64,000 nucleotides of DNA from Thainema sp. (GTDB taxonomy: Bacteria > Cyanobacteriota > Cyanobacteriia > Phormidesmidales > Phormidesmidaceae), in contig JBQLZK010000002.1 of the NCBI GenBank assembly GCA_052168235.1, positions 160,001 through 224,000 on the forward strand, in the 5' to 3' direction. Positions 1 through 10,345 of this stretch are shown here, one piece after another. The notes beneath the pieces were generated by a model that worked only from the letters and a program-made list of their open reading frames with translations, did not search any database and was not told the DNA's origin. Position numbers and translations under genes: made by a program. Every line of letters begins with the position of its first letter. Positions within the stretch are counted from its first letter, which is position 1.

Positions 1-286
1 TTGGGTGGATGAAATTGATGTTGCGGTTGTGCCGACAACGGCCTGCGGTGGCAGCGCCATCTTAAGCCTGACCCGTAGGCCGATCCCAATTTTGGCAATT
101 GATGAGAATGTGACTAAACTTGCGATCGCACCGGAACGCTTAGGACTATCGGTGCAGCGAGTAAACTCGTATCTAGAGGCGATTGGCGTGATGGCAGCCC
201 ACAAAGCCGGAGTTCGACCGGAGGCGCTGCACCATGATATTCGCCAGATTCAGCCTTTATCCTGCCGTAACGCAACAAGCCTGTGA
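1..286 (+). CDS. C-terminal part of a DUF3326-like protein (5' end outside window)
   Basis: ORF runs from the window edge; V-V-P-x-T-A-C-G-G-S-A-I-L and V-N-S-Y-L-E-A-I-G-V motifs resemble cyanobacterial DUF3326 C-termini. Confidence 0.7.
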   Translation, partial: WVDEIDVAVVPTTACGGSAILSLTRRPIPILAIDENVTKLAIAPERLGLSVQRVNSYLEAIGVMAAHKAGVRPEALHHDIRQIQPLSCRNATSL

Positions 287-876
287 GTGATCCCCAGTCC
301 AACCCTAACTCGTTTGAACCATTGAGCCGCTTCCAAGTGCTAGTCATGATTGGCGTAACGGCAGTTGCACTGCTCGTCGTCGCCCGACTGTGGCTGCTGT
401 TCGATCCGGCGGCATTTCTGCCCGTCACGTGGTCAGTGCAGGGGGTGCTGCTGGGTGCCGGACTCGCGATTGGCATCACGCTAGCAAGCAGCGTCGTTTA
501 TCGCCTGTGGGATGATTATCGAGAAAGCGCCGATTTCTATTTGGATTTTGTGCTGAAGCCGCTAGCGCTACCGGATTTAATCTGGCTAGGCTTACTGCCA
601 GGACTGAGTGAAGAATACCTGTTTCGAGGCGTGCTGCTACCTGCGATCGGGTTTAATTCTATCGGTGTGATTCTGTCGGGTCTGTGCTTTGGGCTGCTCC
701 ATTTAGCCGGACGGCAACATTGGCCCTATGCGGTTTGGGCAACGGCGGTCGGCCTCATTTTAGGCTTTAGCGCCTTGTTCACGGGCAATTTACTAGTACC
801 GATCACGGCGCATATTTTGACCAATTTCGTATCGGGTTTGATTTGGAAAGTGAGTCAGGATGACAGTGCTAGTTAA
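283..876 (+). CDS. CPBP (Abi/CAAX) family intramembrane glutamic protease
   Basis: Hydrophobic protein with EExxFRG (SEEYLFRG), FGLLH and HxxxN motifs. Confidence 0.9.
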   Translation: MSDPQSNPNSFEPLSRFQVLVMIGVTAVALLVVARLWLLFDPAAFLPVTWSVQGVLLGAGLAIGITLASSVVYRLWDDYRESADFYLDFVLKPLALPDLIWLGLLPGLSEEYLFRGVLLPAIGFNSIGVILSGLCFGLLHLAGRQHWPYAVWATAVGLILGFSALFTGNLLVPITAHILTNFVSGLIWKVSQDDSAS

Positions 877-890
877 AGTTATTAAGGCCA

Positions 891-925
891 AAAGGGAAGA
901 AATTGCAGCGCAATTTCTTCCCTTT
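891..925. terminator. Perfect 16-bp hairpin between convergent genes (probable bidirectional terminator)
   Basis: aaagggaagaaattgc-agc-gcaatttcttcccttt. Confidence 0.6.
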
Positions 926-998
926 CAATCCTTATTAAAGCTGGTTTTTAATGAGGAAATCAAAATAAGCTTGGTCGGAATTTAATCTAAAGCCGTGC

Positions 999-1196
999 TT
1001 AGCAAACCTGCACACAGCCCGATGCGATCGCATCATCCAGAATTTCTAAACATCGATTCTCTTCAGCACTGAGGTATTCCGCTTCGGCATAGTCCTGGAG
1101 GTGGGTTTGAGCCTCAGGAGATAGCATTCCAAGCATCAGGGCTTCGCGAACGATGGTTTCGATGCTGGACTGAGTGAGGGGATTCAGTGTTTTCAT
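999..1196 (-). CDS. Small hypothetical protein (65 aa)
   Basis: ATG start; helical pattern IVREALxxGxLS...ILDDAIASGxV resembles small cyanobacterial hypothetical proteins. Confidence 0.65.
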   Translation of the reverse strand: MKTLNPLTQSSIETIVREALMLGMLSPEAQTHLQDYAEAEYLSAEENRCLEILDDAIASGCVQVC

Positions 1197-1656
1197 AGGA
1201 ACTTCAGAACAGGTGATTGACAGAGCAGTTGTTGAACGATGTTGTAAAAAACTTCAATGCATTTATCCCCGATTTCGGATATGTTAGCCTGATTCCCGGA
1301 CAAAATTCTGTTCATCCTTATCTAGATCATTAAAATTCACGTCGGCAATGATGCCGATTAATACTAATTAAAAGTATTGGTCTGTGCTTTGAACGTAAAT
1401 TTATTTCGTTCTAGAGTTGGAAACTCACATTAATGTGATCGATAACCTGAACTGAATCATTTACCCTGGGTTCTGTTTGCCGCCGCTGATGGATGCAACG
1501 GTAAACTCCTCATGCCAAGCTGACACAGGCGGGACGTTTTCATCATTACATTTTGCACCTGGCAAGATCGATACCCTTGGGGGGTAATTTGGCTACCTGA
1601 TTGAAGCCTGTCTAATGTTTAACCCAAAAAATTGGAGTCTCTACAGGATTTGTTGA

Positions 1657-2310
1657 TTACGTTTGGCTGGCGGCAAGCGCGATCGCAATTGGATAAATAT
1701 GATGTTCCTGCACCTGAATCCGAGCTTGCAGCGTTTCTACCGTGTCAGTGGGCAGGACTGGCACAGCAGCTTGGGCGATAATTGGGCCGCTATCGACTGC
1801 TAATTCTACATAGTGAACCGTACAGCCCGTGATTTTGACATTAGCTTTCAGTGCCTGTTCCGGGGCGCGAATGCCTGGAAAACTGGGTAGCAAACTGGGG
1901 TGAATATTCAAAATTCGGCGGGGAAAGGCATCAATCAAAACCTGCGTCACTTTACGCATCCAGCCCGCCATAATCACCCAGTCCACATCGGCTTCTTCAA
2001 ATAGCGTAATGATGGACTGATCGAGCGCCTCGCGAGAGTCAAACTTGCGGTGATTGAGTAAAGCCGTTGGCACCTGCCAGCGGCCAGCCCGTTCTGCCAC
2101 TTTTGCCCCAGGATTGTTGTAGATCAGGAGTTGCACCTGGGCATTAAGCTGCTGATTGACGATGGCTTGTGCGATCGCTTCAAAATTGCTGCCGTTACCG
2201 GAGGCCAGTATGCCTAATTTCAGCGGTTTTTCAAAACTGGGAATTGCGTCTGGCAAGTAAGGCGAAATGATGGCCTGATTGGCATCGGTCAAAATGGGCT
2301 GAACAGTCAT
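1657..2310 (-). CDS. purN: Phosphoribosylglycinamide formyltransferase
   Basis: ASGNGSNF, AGWMR, NIHPSLLPSFPG, GCTVHYV, DSGPII motifs. Confidence 0.97.
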   Translation of the reverse strand: MTVQPILTDANQAIISPYLPDAIPSFEKPLKLGILASGNGSNFEAIAQAIVNQQLNAQVQLLIYNNPGAKVAERAGRWQVPTALLNHRKFDSREALDQSIITLFEEADVDWVIMAGWMRKVTQVLIDAFPRRILNIHPSLLPSFPGIRAPEQALKANVKITGCTVHYVELAVDSGPIIAQAAVPVLPTDTVETLQARIQVQEHHIYPIAIALAASQT

Positions 2311-2469
2311 AATGATGGATTCGATTCTATATCAGTGATCAATGGTCTCAAGAAAATAGCATCGAATATGATCAACATACATATTTGGCCCTAACTCAGT
2401 TGTGAATCATGTTGCGGGAAACGCTCCAGCTAGAAATCGATCAGCTAAACGATAGCCAACTAAGGCGTA

Positions 2470-3411
2470 TTGCGCATAGGTAGTGCCATGAAAGAGTCTT
2501 CTCCAAGCGCTCCACCCAAATCTGCACCAACCTTTGCTCAGCGGTTGGCACGGCTGATGGATCAAGATGCGATCGCAGCTTTGATTATGCTGGCTCCGGC
2601 ACTGATTTTGCTGGGCGTATTTGTATTCTGGCCGATCATTGATGTCGTTCTGCTGAGCTTCACGACGGGCAGCTTTACCCGCGCAGGCATTCAGTGGAAC
2701 GGATTGCGGAACTATCTGCGCTTGCTGATTGACCCTGATTTTTGGAACATCATGGGCAATACAGTGTACTTTACCGTGGCGACCGTGATTCCGAGTTTAG
2801 TCATACCGCTAGTGTTAGCCGTGCTGCTCAATCAGTCTCTTGCGCTGCGTGGGCTATTTCGTACCGCCTACTTTATTCCGTCGATTACGTCCCTGGTTGC
2901 GGTTGGCTTGGGTTTCCGCTGGCTGTTCCAGACTAATGGCCCCGTTAATGCGCTGCTGATGAATGTGGGGCTAGAGCCGATTTCCTGGCTGAGCAGTCCG
3001 ATTTGGGCCATGCCCGTGCTGATTATCCTCAGCACCTGGAAGCAAATTGGCTTTAATCTGGTTGTCTTTCTGGCAGGCTTACAGACCATCCCCCTGAATC
3101 GTTACGAAGCAGCGGAACTCGATGGAGCCAATGCTTGGCAAAAATTTTGGCATATCACACTACCAGGACTGCGACCGACTCTGGTGTTTGCCACGATTAC
3201 CACTGCCATCTTTACGCTGCGTAGCTTCGAGCAGGTGTACGTGGTGACGGGTGGTGGCCCGCTCAATTCCACCAATATTTTGGTCTACTACATTTATGAG
3301 CAGGCATTTTCGCTGTTTGACTTTGGCTATGCCTCGGCTGCGGCGACGGTGCTACTTGCGATCGCACTTGTCCTGGTGTACTTTCAACTCCGGATTTGGA
3401 GTGAAGATTAG
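2470..3411 (+). CDS. Carbohydrate ABC transporter permease (ATG at 2488 is a likely start)
   Basis: EAA loop YEAAELDGA...FWHITLP; multiple TM helices. Confidence 0.92.
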   Translation: MRIGSAMKESSPSAPPKSAPTFAQRLARLMDQDAIAALIMLAPALILLGVFVFWPIIDVVLLSFTTGSFTRAGIQWNGLRNYLRLLIDPDFWNIMGNTVYFTVATVIPSLVIPLVLAVLLNQSLALRGLFRTAYFIPSITSLVAVGLGFRWLFQTNGPVNALLMNVGLEPISWLSSPIWAMPVLIILSTWKQIGFNLVVFLAGLQTIPLNRYEAAELDGANAWQKFWHITLPGLRPTLVFATITTAIFTLRSFEQVYVVTGGGPLNSTNILVYYIYEQAFSLFDFGYASAAATVLLAIALVLVYFQLRIWSED

Positions 3412-3445
3412 GTGAAACTTATTTGGTAATGATCATCGGTAAAGA

Positions 3446-4090
3446 TCAATAGACATACACGAATCCATTGGGTTCAATCGATAAGGTGATCGCGCCTGGA
3501 ATCATGCTGGTCTGCTCACTAACGACGACTTCAACAACATTGTTGGCTGTTGAAACAACATACAGGTTAATGCCAACATCGTTGAGGGATGGATCGATAG
3601 CTAAGTAAACGGGTGGTGGTAGAAAGCTAGTGCGAGTGGAACCGAACGAAATTTCACCATTGGGCGGCAGTGTCCGTCGGATAGTGCCGGGCTGAGTGAG
3701 TTCAAACAGCACCTCTAAATCCCCGCCGTTGACGATATCAATCCGAATGGGCTGATCTGGATCAATGCGACCCACTGGCTCTCGGACGGATTGGGCCATG
3801 TGTGCTGCATCTGCTTGTGACGTATGTGGTTGTGACGTATGTGGTTGTGACGTATCTGTCGCAACGGCTGCGATCGCAATTTGATAGCTGTCAGGCAGAT
3901 GCGGATCATCCGCCGGTTCCAGTGCAACCCCAGAAGTAGGTCGTGTAGTGGTTATGCCGACACAAACCAGCACCGCCCCCAGCAGCATCGCTTGATTCAG
4001 GACTTTATGCTGAACGCTGCGGCTTCCCGTTGGATGCAACTTGCCCATCATGCTGGCTCCTTTGGATGACTCTAAACAACACAGCAGCAA
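3446..4090 (-). CDS. Hypothetical exported protein (true start probably an internal ATG)
   Basis: Signal-like hydrophobic segment, TSQPH repeats, C-terminal beta-rich domain. Confidence 0.65.
   Translation of the reverse strand: MLLCCLESSKGASMMGKLHPTGSRSVQHKVLNQAMLLGAVLVCVGITTTRPTSGVALEPADDPHLPDSYQIAIAAVATDTSQPHTSQPHTSQADAAHMAQSVREPVGRIDPDQPIRIDIVNGGDLEVLFELTQPGTIRRTLPPNGEISFGSTRTSFLPPPVYLAIDPSLNDVGINLYVVSTANNVVEVVVSEQTSMIPGAITLSIEPNGFVYVY
3815..3855. repeat. 15-bp in-frame tandem repeat, ~2.7 copies
   Basis: ttgtgacgtatgtgg units encoding TSQPH. Confidence 0.9.
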
Positions 4091-4202
4091 AATCCCAGTT
4101 GGGCTGTGTTCTTACTGTGTCCCAAATAAGGGCTGATGATCCAAAACTCCGCACAATTCTTTTCAGAACGGTTAATAGCGTTACACGCTTTAAGTAAAAC
4201 CA

Positions 4203-4247
4203 ATATTTGGGGGAAAGCTGCGCGGCGCACAGCTTTCCCCCAAATAT
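4203..4247. repeat. Intergenic palindrome (18-bp arms)
   Basis: atatttgggggaaagctg-cgcggcgca-cagctttcccccaaatat. Confidence 0.85.
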
Positions 4248-4361
4248 GTTCTAACCTACTTTCTAACCCACTGATGTCGGGTCATATTCGTCAATCAGGA
4301 TGATGTGATGAGTCGTACCAGTTCTACAAACCAGTGTTGTGGATGAGGTCAGTGCTGAGTG

Positions 4362-4868
4362 CTACAAATCCTCAAACACGTTGCTGATGACTGCTTTCGC
4401 TTTATGATCCAGCGCCACCCAATCGACATCACCAATTTCCGTATCGATCAGCGATTCATCAATGACAACGGTTTGCTCTGCATTTGGATCATCGATTTGC
4501 TCTGGATCGTACTCTGCAAAGCAAACCCGATAACACAACTGCCACAGGTCAATCCGCTGTTCCTGATCGCCATGCTTGAGACAGAGCGCGTATTGCGGAA
4601 ATGGTTCCGGTAAATCAGCTAGCTGTTGTTCAACGGCTGCGATCGCATCTGGACTACTAGCCTGCTTAAGCTGCTCCTGCAGTTGCAAAACATGGGCTTT
4701 GGTTTCATCTGAGGTGTCTTCTGGCCAGAGCAGTTGATTATCGTAGGAACCATGCCAGTCGGATGTTTCTAACTGCTTGCGGATATTGTCAATCACGCGA
4801 ATAAAGGCAGGCTGCATCAGCAAATTGGCCTGCTGCCAGTCTTGAGAATTGGCAAACTTGGGTGTCAT
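4362..4868 (-). CDS. Conserved cyanobacterial hypothetical protein
   Basis: Start moved to MTPKF; LMQPAFIRVIDNIRKQLE and DLWQLCYRVCF look like conserved blocks; the longer 5024 start overlaps the DUF389 remnant. Confidence 0.8.
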   Translation of the reverse strand: MTPKFANSQDWQQANLLMQPAFIRVIDNIRKQLETSDWHGSYDNQLLWPEDTSDETKAHVLQLQEQLKQASSPDAIAAVEQQLADLPEPFPQYALCLKHGDQEQRIDLWQLCYRVCFAEYDPEQIDDPNAEQTVVIDESLIDTEIGDVDWVALDHKAKAVISNVFEDL

Positions 4869-4983
4869 AACGTTTAGGGGCGACTCTACAGAGGATTTTA
4901 TTCGATTCCGGACGACAAAAACTGGGTCGGCGGTTCCGGTTCCGGCTGGGGTCTCACTTCCTGATATTGGCTGATCTGGAAGA

Positions 4984-5239
4984 TCAAGCTGAAGGGTTGT
5001 CCCATTGCTTCCGTAGCGACGCAATCAGCATCGCGCCAATAATTACCGCAGTGCTATTGGATAACAGGCCAAAGGTTGCGATCGCGCAGGAGCCCAGATA
5101 TCAGAACCAAGTAGTCTCGATTCAGCGCGGAATCATCCAGCAGGCTATCTTCGATGTAGCGAATGCCTTGTGGAGATATGCTGCGATGCCATGATACCTT
5201 TTGCCAAATTTTTTGCCGATGGTCTTGCAAGGGTCTCAT
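4984..5239 (-). pseudogene. Frameshifted, truncated DUF389 (TIGR00341-like) membrane protein remnant
   Basis: Frame 1 reads ...DDSALNRDYLVLI; after a shift at ~5098 it continues LGSCAIATFGLLSNSTAVIIGAMLIA, then stops. Confidence 0.8.
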
Positions 5240-5493
5240 CCTCAAAGCCTCCTCCCTTTTATAACCTGCATTGGAAAATCTACTGATATTCAGCCAACGG
5301 GGTAAACTAGGGAAACAGTTCATTAGGTATTTCTTAAGATTCACTAGCATCTGCTATCTGAACCGACAGTAGCGCTGTCTGATCTGTTGTTAGCTATGCC
5401 TGATTGAGATTGGTGTTCACCTGTTCATCTGCTCCTTCCAGCTTGGGAACTTTAGTTTGACTCTAGCTGCAAACTTCGCTTTGTTGTTCCAAT

Positions 5494-6681
5494 GTGAGAG
5501 ACCGCATGGAGGCATTATCGAGCAAGGCAACTCAGCCTGATGTATCGCTACAGCTTCTGCTATTTATTGACCGACGACCAGGTTCAACGGAACAGGTGCG
5601 ACAAATCCGTGATCATTTGAACACGCTCAAATTAAACTACCCCTCAGACTACCCTGTTGTCCTGGATATCGTAGATGTTGGAGAGCAGCCTTACCTAGCT
5701 GAGCACTTTAAACTGATTGCCACTCCCGCTTTAGTCAAGCTGTCACCCGAGCCGCGTCAAACTCTGGCTGGCAGTAACATTCAAGATCTGCTCAATCAGT
5801 GGTGGCCCCGCTGGCTCAAAGCGCTGGACGAGAATCAAACTCAACGGCAGCGAGAACAAGCCAATAGTGCTCGCTCTCAAATCAATGGGGTCGCCGAATC
5901 CGCCGAAATTATTAAGCTATCTGACCAAATTTTTCAGCTTAAGCGAGAGCAAGAAGAACTAAAAGCCCAGCTGCAGTTCAAAGATCGGATCTTGGCCATG
6001 CTGGCCCATGATTTGCGCAATCCCCTGACGGCGGCATCGCTGGCTGTGGAAACACTGGATATGGGCTACGGCATCGAAACGGGCTGGAACAGTCGGTTAA
6101 CGCCGAAACTGATCGCTCAGTTACTCAAACATGCCCGCACCCAAACCCGCACTATCGATCGCATGATCACCGATATTCTGCAAATTGCGCGGGGCACCAC
6201 TGCAGAAATTCATATCAAGCCACAGGAACTCAATCTTCAACAGCTCTGTTTATCGGTGATTCAAGACTTTGAAAATAAACTCAAGGACAAAAATTTAAGG
6301 GTTGATACCGACCTGCCCGAAGATTTACCTCCCGTTCATGCGGATTCTGAGCGGGTGCGGCAGGTGATTACCAACCTGATTGACAACGCCATTAAATATA
6401 CTCCGGCTGGCGGCCAGATTCATCTCTCAACCCTGCACCGCACCACGCAAAAAGTGCAGGTGTCGATCTGCGATACGGGACCTGGTATTCCGGAAGAGAA
6501 TAAAGAGCGCATTTTTGAAGACAGTTTTCGCTTGGAGCGAGATGTCAGCAAAGACGGCTATGGCATTGGGTTATCGCTTTGCAAACGTATTGTCTGTGCC
6601 CATTACGGCCAAATTTGGGTTGATTCTGTTCCTGGACAAGGAAGCTGCTTTCACTTTACGTTGCCCGTTTACCGTCAATAA
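5494..6681 (+). CDS. sasA: Circadian output histidine kinase SasA
   Basis: KaiB-like N-terminus (LQLLLFID; QPYLAEHFKLIATPALVK), H-box LAHDLRNPL, HATPase. Confidence 0.95.
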   Translation: MRDRMEALSSKATQPDVSLQLLLFIDRRPGSTEQVRQIRDHLNTLKLNYPSDYPVVLDIVDVGEQPYLAEHFKLIATPALVKLSPEPRQTLAGSNIQDLLNQWWPRWLKALDENQTQRQREQANSARSQINGVAESAEIIKLSDQIFQLKREQEELKAQLQFKDRILAMLAHDLRNPLTAASLAVETLDMGYGIETGWNSRLTPKLIAQLLKHARTQTRTIDRMITDILQIARGTTAEIHIKPQELNLQQLCLSVIQDFENKLKDKNLRVDTDLPEDLPPVHADSERVRQVITNLIDNAIKYTPAGGQIHLSTLHRTTQKVQVSICDTGPGIPEENKERIFEDSFRLERDVSKDGYGIGLSLCKRIVCAHYGQIWVDSVPGQGSCFHFTLPVYRQ

Positions 6682-7431
6682 TTACTCTTTTATCTGCGAT
6701 CGCAACTGTTCCAGTTCTTCATCAACAGAGGCATTGGGATCGGCAGCGGGCAGCGTTCCGGCTGCGCTAGAGCCAGAGAGCATTTCGGTTTTCATCGCTG
6801 CAAGCTGGGCATCAATGTTATCGCCGCCCTCTAATTCGGCAAATCGCTTTTCTAGGCTGTCTGAACCCAGTTCAGCCGAAACTTCTGCTTGGGCTTCCAG
6901 CTGATGCACCCGTTCTTCCATGCGCTCAAAGGCGGCCATCGCGTTATTGGTGCCGACCTGATTCAGCATGTCGTTGATTTGCTGCGACGCCTGAGCTGAA
7001 CGGGCACGGGCAATATACAAGTCTTTCTTACTGCGGGCATCCGCTAATTTACGCTCTAGTTGGCCCATATTTTGCTTCAGCTTGGCGACGACATCGCGCT
7101 GTTGAACAATCTGTGTTTCTAGGCTAGATGCGGTTTCAGCATAGGATTGGCGGCGGGTAAGGGCTTCACGGGCGAGTTGCTCATCGCCTTTTTGGAGGGC
7201 AAGCTGGGCGCGGCGATACCATTCATCTGCCGTGGATTGCGCTTGAGAACACTGGCGTTCGGTGCGCTTTTGAGTTGCGATCGCTTGTGCAACGGCCTGT
7301 CGGATTCGAATCAGGTCTTCCTGCATGTCGGCGACAGCCTGCTCCAGAATTTTCTCTGGATCTTCAGCATTGCCAACCATGCTTGAAATATTGGCTCGAA
7401 TTACCCGGCTCAACCGATCCAAAAGTCCCAT
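6682..7431 (-). CDS. PspA/IM30 (Vipp1) family protein
   Basis: MGLLDRLSRVIRAN...AEDPEKILEQ, AFERMEE, coiled coil. Confidence 0.95.
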   Translation of the reverse strand: MGLLDRLSRVIRANISSMVGNAEDPEKILEQAVADMQEDLIRIRQAVAQAIATQKRTERQCSQAQSTADEWYRRAQLALQKGDEQLAREALTRRQSYAETASSLETQIVQQRDVVAKLKQNMGQLERKLADARSKKDLYIARARSAQASQQINDMLNQVGTNNAMAAFERMEERVHQLEAQAEVSAELGSDSLEKRFAELEGGDNIDAQLAAMKTEMLSGSSAAGTLPAADPNASVDEELEQLRSQIKE

Positions 7432-7596
7432 ACCTCTGCCTCAAGCGGTTTCAAAACGTTTCGAAAAATGATGAATTGCTTTTATGCTACCGCACAGCTT
7501 CAAATGGGCGTTGCTTGCTCTAGGTATAAATTGGGATAAGGCAATGCTCCATATCTCAATTCCATAACTTGAGATCAGTCATTTTGCTCGGATTAA

Positions 7597-9144
7597 CTAT
7601 TCTTCGATATCAGCATCTATGCCTTGTTCTTGCAGATTTTGCACCATTTCTTGAGCGCTCGACTGATCCGCAAATGCGCCTAGACGAATGGTGGCTCCCG
7701 CTGACGAGTTGTGAATGTAGGCATCGCCTGCAACCTGTCTTGCCTCGTTCAGGCTTTGGTCGCCTGTGTAGGGGACGACGACATGATAGTAGTCGCTTGA
7801 ACTGGCTGAACCCGTTGAACTTGCAGTGGTTTCCGACCGATCTGAACTGCCAGAATTCTCTGAACTGCCAGAAGCGGGACTGTTTGAACCTGCACCGGAA
7901 CCCGATGAGCCGCTCGAAGCTGCGGCCCGTTCTGTTGATGGCGATGCCGCAGGTCTCGGGGCAGGGGGAGCCGCAGGAGCAGGAGCCGCTGGGCGACTCG
8001 CTGAAGCTGACTGAGATGACCGCGATCCGCTTGCACTCGATGATGCTGGGGCAGATGAACGGGATGAGCTAGAGCTGGATGGGGCAGCACTGGATGAGGC
8101 TGAGGGTGTTGTAGGAGTTGGACTGGCACTAGACGATGGTGTTCTAGTCGTCCCGGTTGCGGTGGCTGAATTAGACGGTGTGACAGGTGATGCCAGTGGT
8201 GTCGGTGTCGTGGAACCATCGGCGGCTAAGCCTGGAGCTGGACTGGGCAGATTAGGCGCAGATCCGTTGCTAGGTAATGTGCTGAGCGTGCCTAAGTCTA
8301 GTTCGACGAATTCTTCGGAGGACAAATTGGGCTGACCGGATGGGTCAAATTCTGATGCACTCGGCGTAATCGGCGCGTCTAAATCGGTGCTGGAAGTCTC
8401 GTCATCCGCCTGCCATCTGGTGGTGATGCTGCTGATTGCATCTGGATTGGCAATGACGTAGCCCAAGCCGACGCTGGACACCAACAGCAGCAGCATTGAC
8501 CCGATGCCCAGCGGCGTAAATAGCTGGTTTGTCCAGCCGCTTTTCTTGGGATTTTCTGCCGTTTGGGCTTCTTCGACCAGGCTCTGCAGCAGATGTTCTG
8601 ACGATTTTAGGTAGTCCTGTGGTTCAGCGGCATCGTGAGTAGCGCCAAGATGATTCGATTCAGAATGGGGAACAGGGACGATATTGCCGTGGGCCTGGGC
8701 TGTATGCGGAGCGGTTGCGATCGCATCACGACTCTCCTGAGATTGAGGCACATTCAAAGTTGCGATCGCACCACCTGCACCTGCAATGGCCTGTATTCCA
8801 TTGCCATTACCGTTATCAGAATGGCCGTGATGCGCGCCGTTCGCTGAGCCGTTGGTATAGGACGATCCGGTTGGGTAAGGGGCTGCGGCTGGTTGAGTAG
8901 GGGGATGAGTGGCTGCTGGATTGGGTGATGAGGGTTTGACGGAAATTAGATCCAAACCGTGCTTTTTCTTGGTGCGAATATTGCCTTTGAAGGGACGATT
9001 GGGCGTGGGTTGAGCGGAGCGCTGTCGCCGATAGCGGGTTAATTCATCGTCAAGCTGTACTTCTAAACAGCCCAATGCCGATTGCAGCAACGGGTGCAGT
9101 GGGCTTTGAGGTACGTTCGAGTTGGATGCGTTTGGCTGTCCCAT
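7597..9144 (-). CDS. Membrane-anchored protein with Ser/Ala/Pro-rich linker and C-terminal SPOR-like domain
   Basis: One TM helix (PLGIGSMLLLLV), low-complexity linker, terminal IRLGAF...AQEMVQNLQEQGIDA. Confidence 0.8.
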   Translation of the reverse strand: MGQPNASNSNVPQSPLHPLLQSALGCLEVQLDDELTRYRRQRSAQPTPNRPFKGNIRTKKKHGLDLISVKPSSPNPAATHPPTQPAAAPYPTGSSYTNGSANGAHHGHSDNGNGNGIQAIAGAGGAIATLNVPQSQESRDAIATAPHTAQAHGNIVPVPHSESNHLGATHDAAEPQDYLKSSEHLLQSLVEEAQTAENPKKSGWTNQLFTPLGIGSMLLLLVSSVGLGYVIANPDAISSITTRWQADDETSSTDLDAPITPSASEFDPSGQPNLSSEEFVELDLGTLSTLPSNGSAPNLPSPAPGLAADGSTTPTPLASPVTPSNSATATGTTRTPSSSASPTPTTPSASSSAAPSSSSSSRSSAPASSSASGSRSSQSASASRPAAPAPAAPPAPRPAASPSTERAAASSGSSGSGAGSNSPASGSSENSGSSDRSETTASSTGSASSSDYYHVVVPYTGDQSLNEARQVAGDAYIHNSSAGATIRLGAFADQSSAQEMVQNLQEQGIDADIEE

Positions 9145-9233
9145 CGTCTATCTTCCCTTCTCAGCAAGCGAAATCACGGTTCCAACAGGTTAGCGTTATT
9201 TCGAAATCTCGATAGTTGAGTTTCGGTAATAAC

Positions 9234-9338
9234 TATCAAGTCCGCAGACGGGAATCCAGTTCATCTTCTGTACAAGGCTGGCAAAGTCAGCATTTCACAG
9301 AAAATCACACTATTGGGTTTTCCACCGGACTTCACATA
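9234..9338. mobile_element. Degenerate copy of ~102-bp miniature element family B
   Basis: Ends tatcaagtccg / tgggttttccaccggacttcacata match the 50734 copy; internal hairpin is decayed. Confidence 0.6.
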
Positions 9339-9674
9339 CGGTTGGATGAGTACTACTACTAGCTCTAAGAGCTTAGCTAAAAGTTTCAATTCGTCAAGCA
9401 AATATCACAAATGTGTCATCTGAAGTGGTGGCTGGGCAGAGTTGCGCCGGATTGGATGTGCGATCGCACTCCACATCTAGCGGTTAAGTTTCTAAGCTGC
9501 GCTTTTAGCCTCAAGATACAGTAATCTAAATTATTTTGACTATATTTTCTGATGGCTATTGTGTGAATTTGTTCTGCGAATCCGAGGTTGTCTTTGGCGT
9601 CCCTGCATTGATACCCTGGAAAGTCGGTTCAATGTTTAATCACTCAACTTTTAGAGACAAAACGCGATCGCATC

Positions 9675-9995
9675 ATGGCAGAAACTTATACCGTCGAAAT
9701 TCATCATCAAGGGCAAACCCATACGATTCAGGTGGCTGATAATCAAAAGATTTTAGATGCGGCTCAGGACGCAGGTTTGGATCTACCGTTTTCCTGTAGT
9801 GCTGGAGTATGCACGACCTGTGCTGCGCTGGTTCTAGAGGGCGAAGTGGAACAGCCGGATGCGATGGGCGTGGGGCCGGAGTTACAGGCGAAGGGATATA
9901 CGCTGCTATGTGTGGCGTATCCACGATCGGATATTAAGCTGGAGACGGAGAAGGAAGAAGAAGTTTATCAGCAGCAGTTTGGTACGTCGCAATAG
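9675..9995 (+). CDS. Plant-type 2Fe-2S ferredoxin (minor type, C-terminally extended)
   Basis: CSAGVCTTC...LLC cluster motif. Confidence 0.93.
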   Translation: MAETYTVEIHHQGQTHTIQVADNQKILDAAQDAGLDLPFSCSAGVCTTCAALVLEGEVEQPDAMGVGPELQAKGYTLLCVAYPRSDIKLETEKEEEVYQQQFGTSQ

Positions 9996-10023
9996 TTGAT
10001 TGCTGCTTGGAGTTTGATCGGCT

Positions 10024-10345
10024 CCCTTCTCCCAAATTTGGGAGAAGGGCTGGGGATGAGGGCAATGCAGAGTTGGGCAGCTTTTTGAGAAGTCGCTGCT
10101 CATCATGTGACGTTGGTTCTGAGGGGACTAGTCCCCTCAGGCTCCCCAACTGGTGCGTTCCGCCGCCCCAGGCCCCCACGGACGAGGTGATCGGTGGGGG
10201 GTGTTACGTCGCTTCGCATCGGTGGAGTGGCAAGGCAGTTATCTGTTGAGGACACAGTTGGCGTGGAACGCCAATCGATTGCAGGACTCACACTTTCTCT
10301 CTCGCTTCCCTTCCGATTCCCTTGACTTCCCTTTCCTTTGCAGCT
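10024..10345. repeat. Composite intergenic repeat region (two palindromes plus pyrimidine-rich short repeats)
   Basis: cccttctcccaaatttgggagaaggg (10024-10049), ctgaggggactagtcccctcag (10119-10140), repeated ttccctt. Confidence 0.7.

Noticed and set aside
4869..5350. ORF 5054-5350 and the N-terminal extension of ORF 4362-5024 as real proteins
   Set aside because: Better explained as reading frames through the DUF389 remnant
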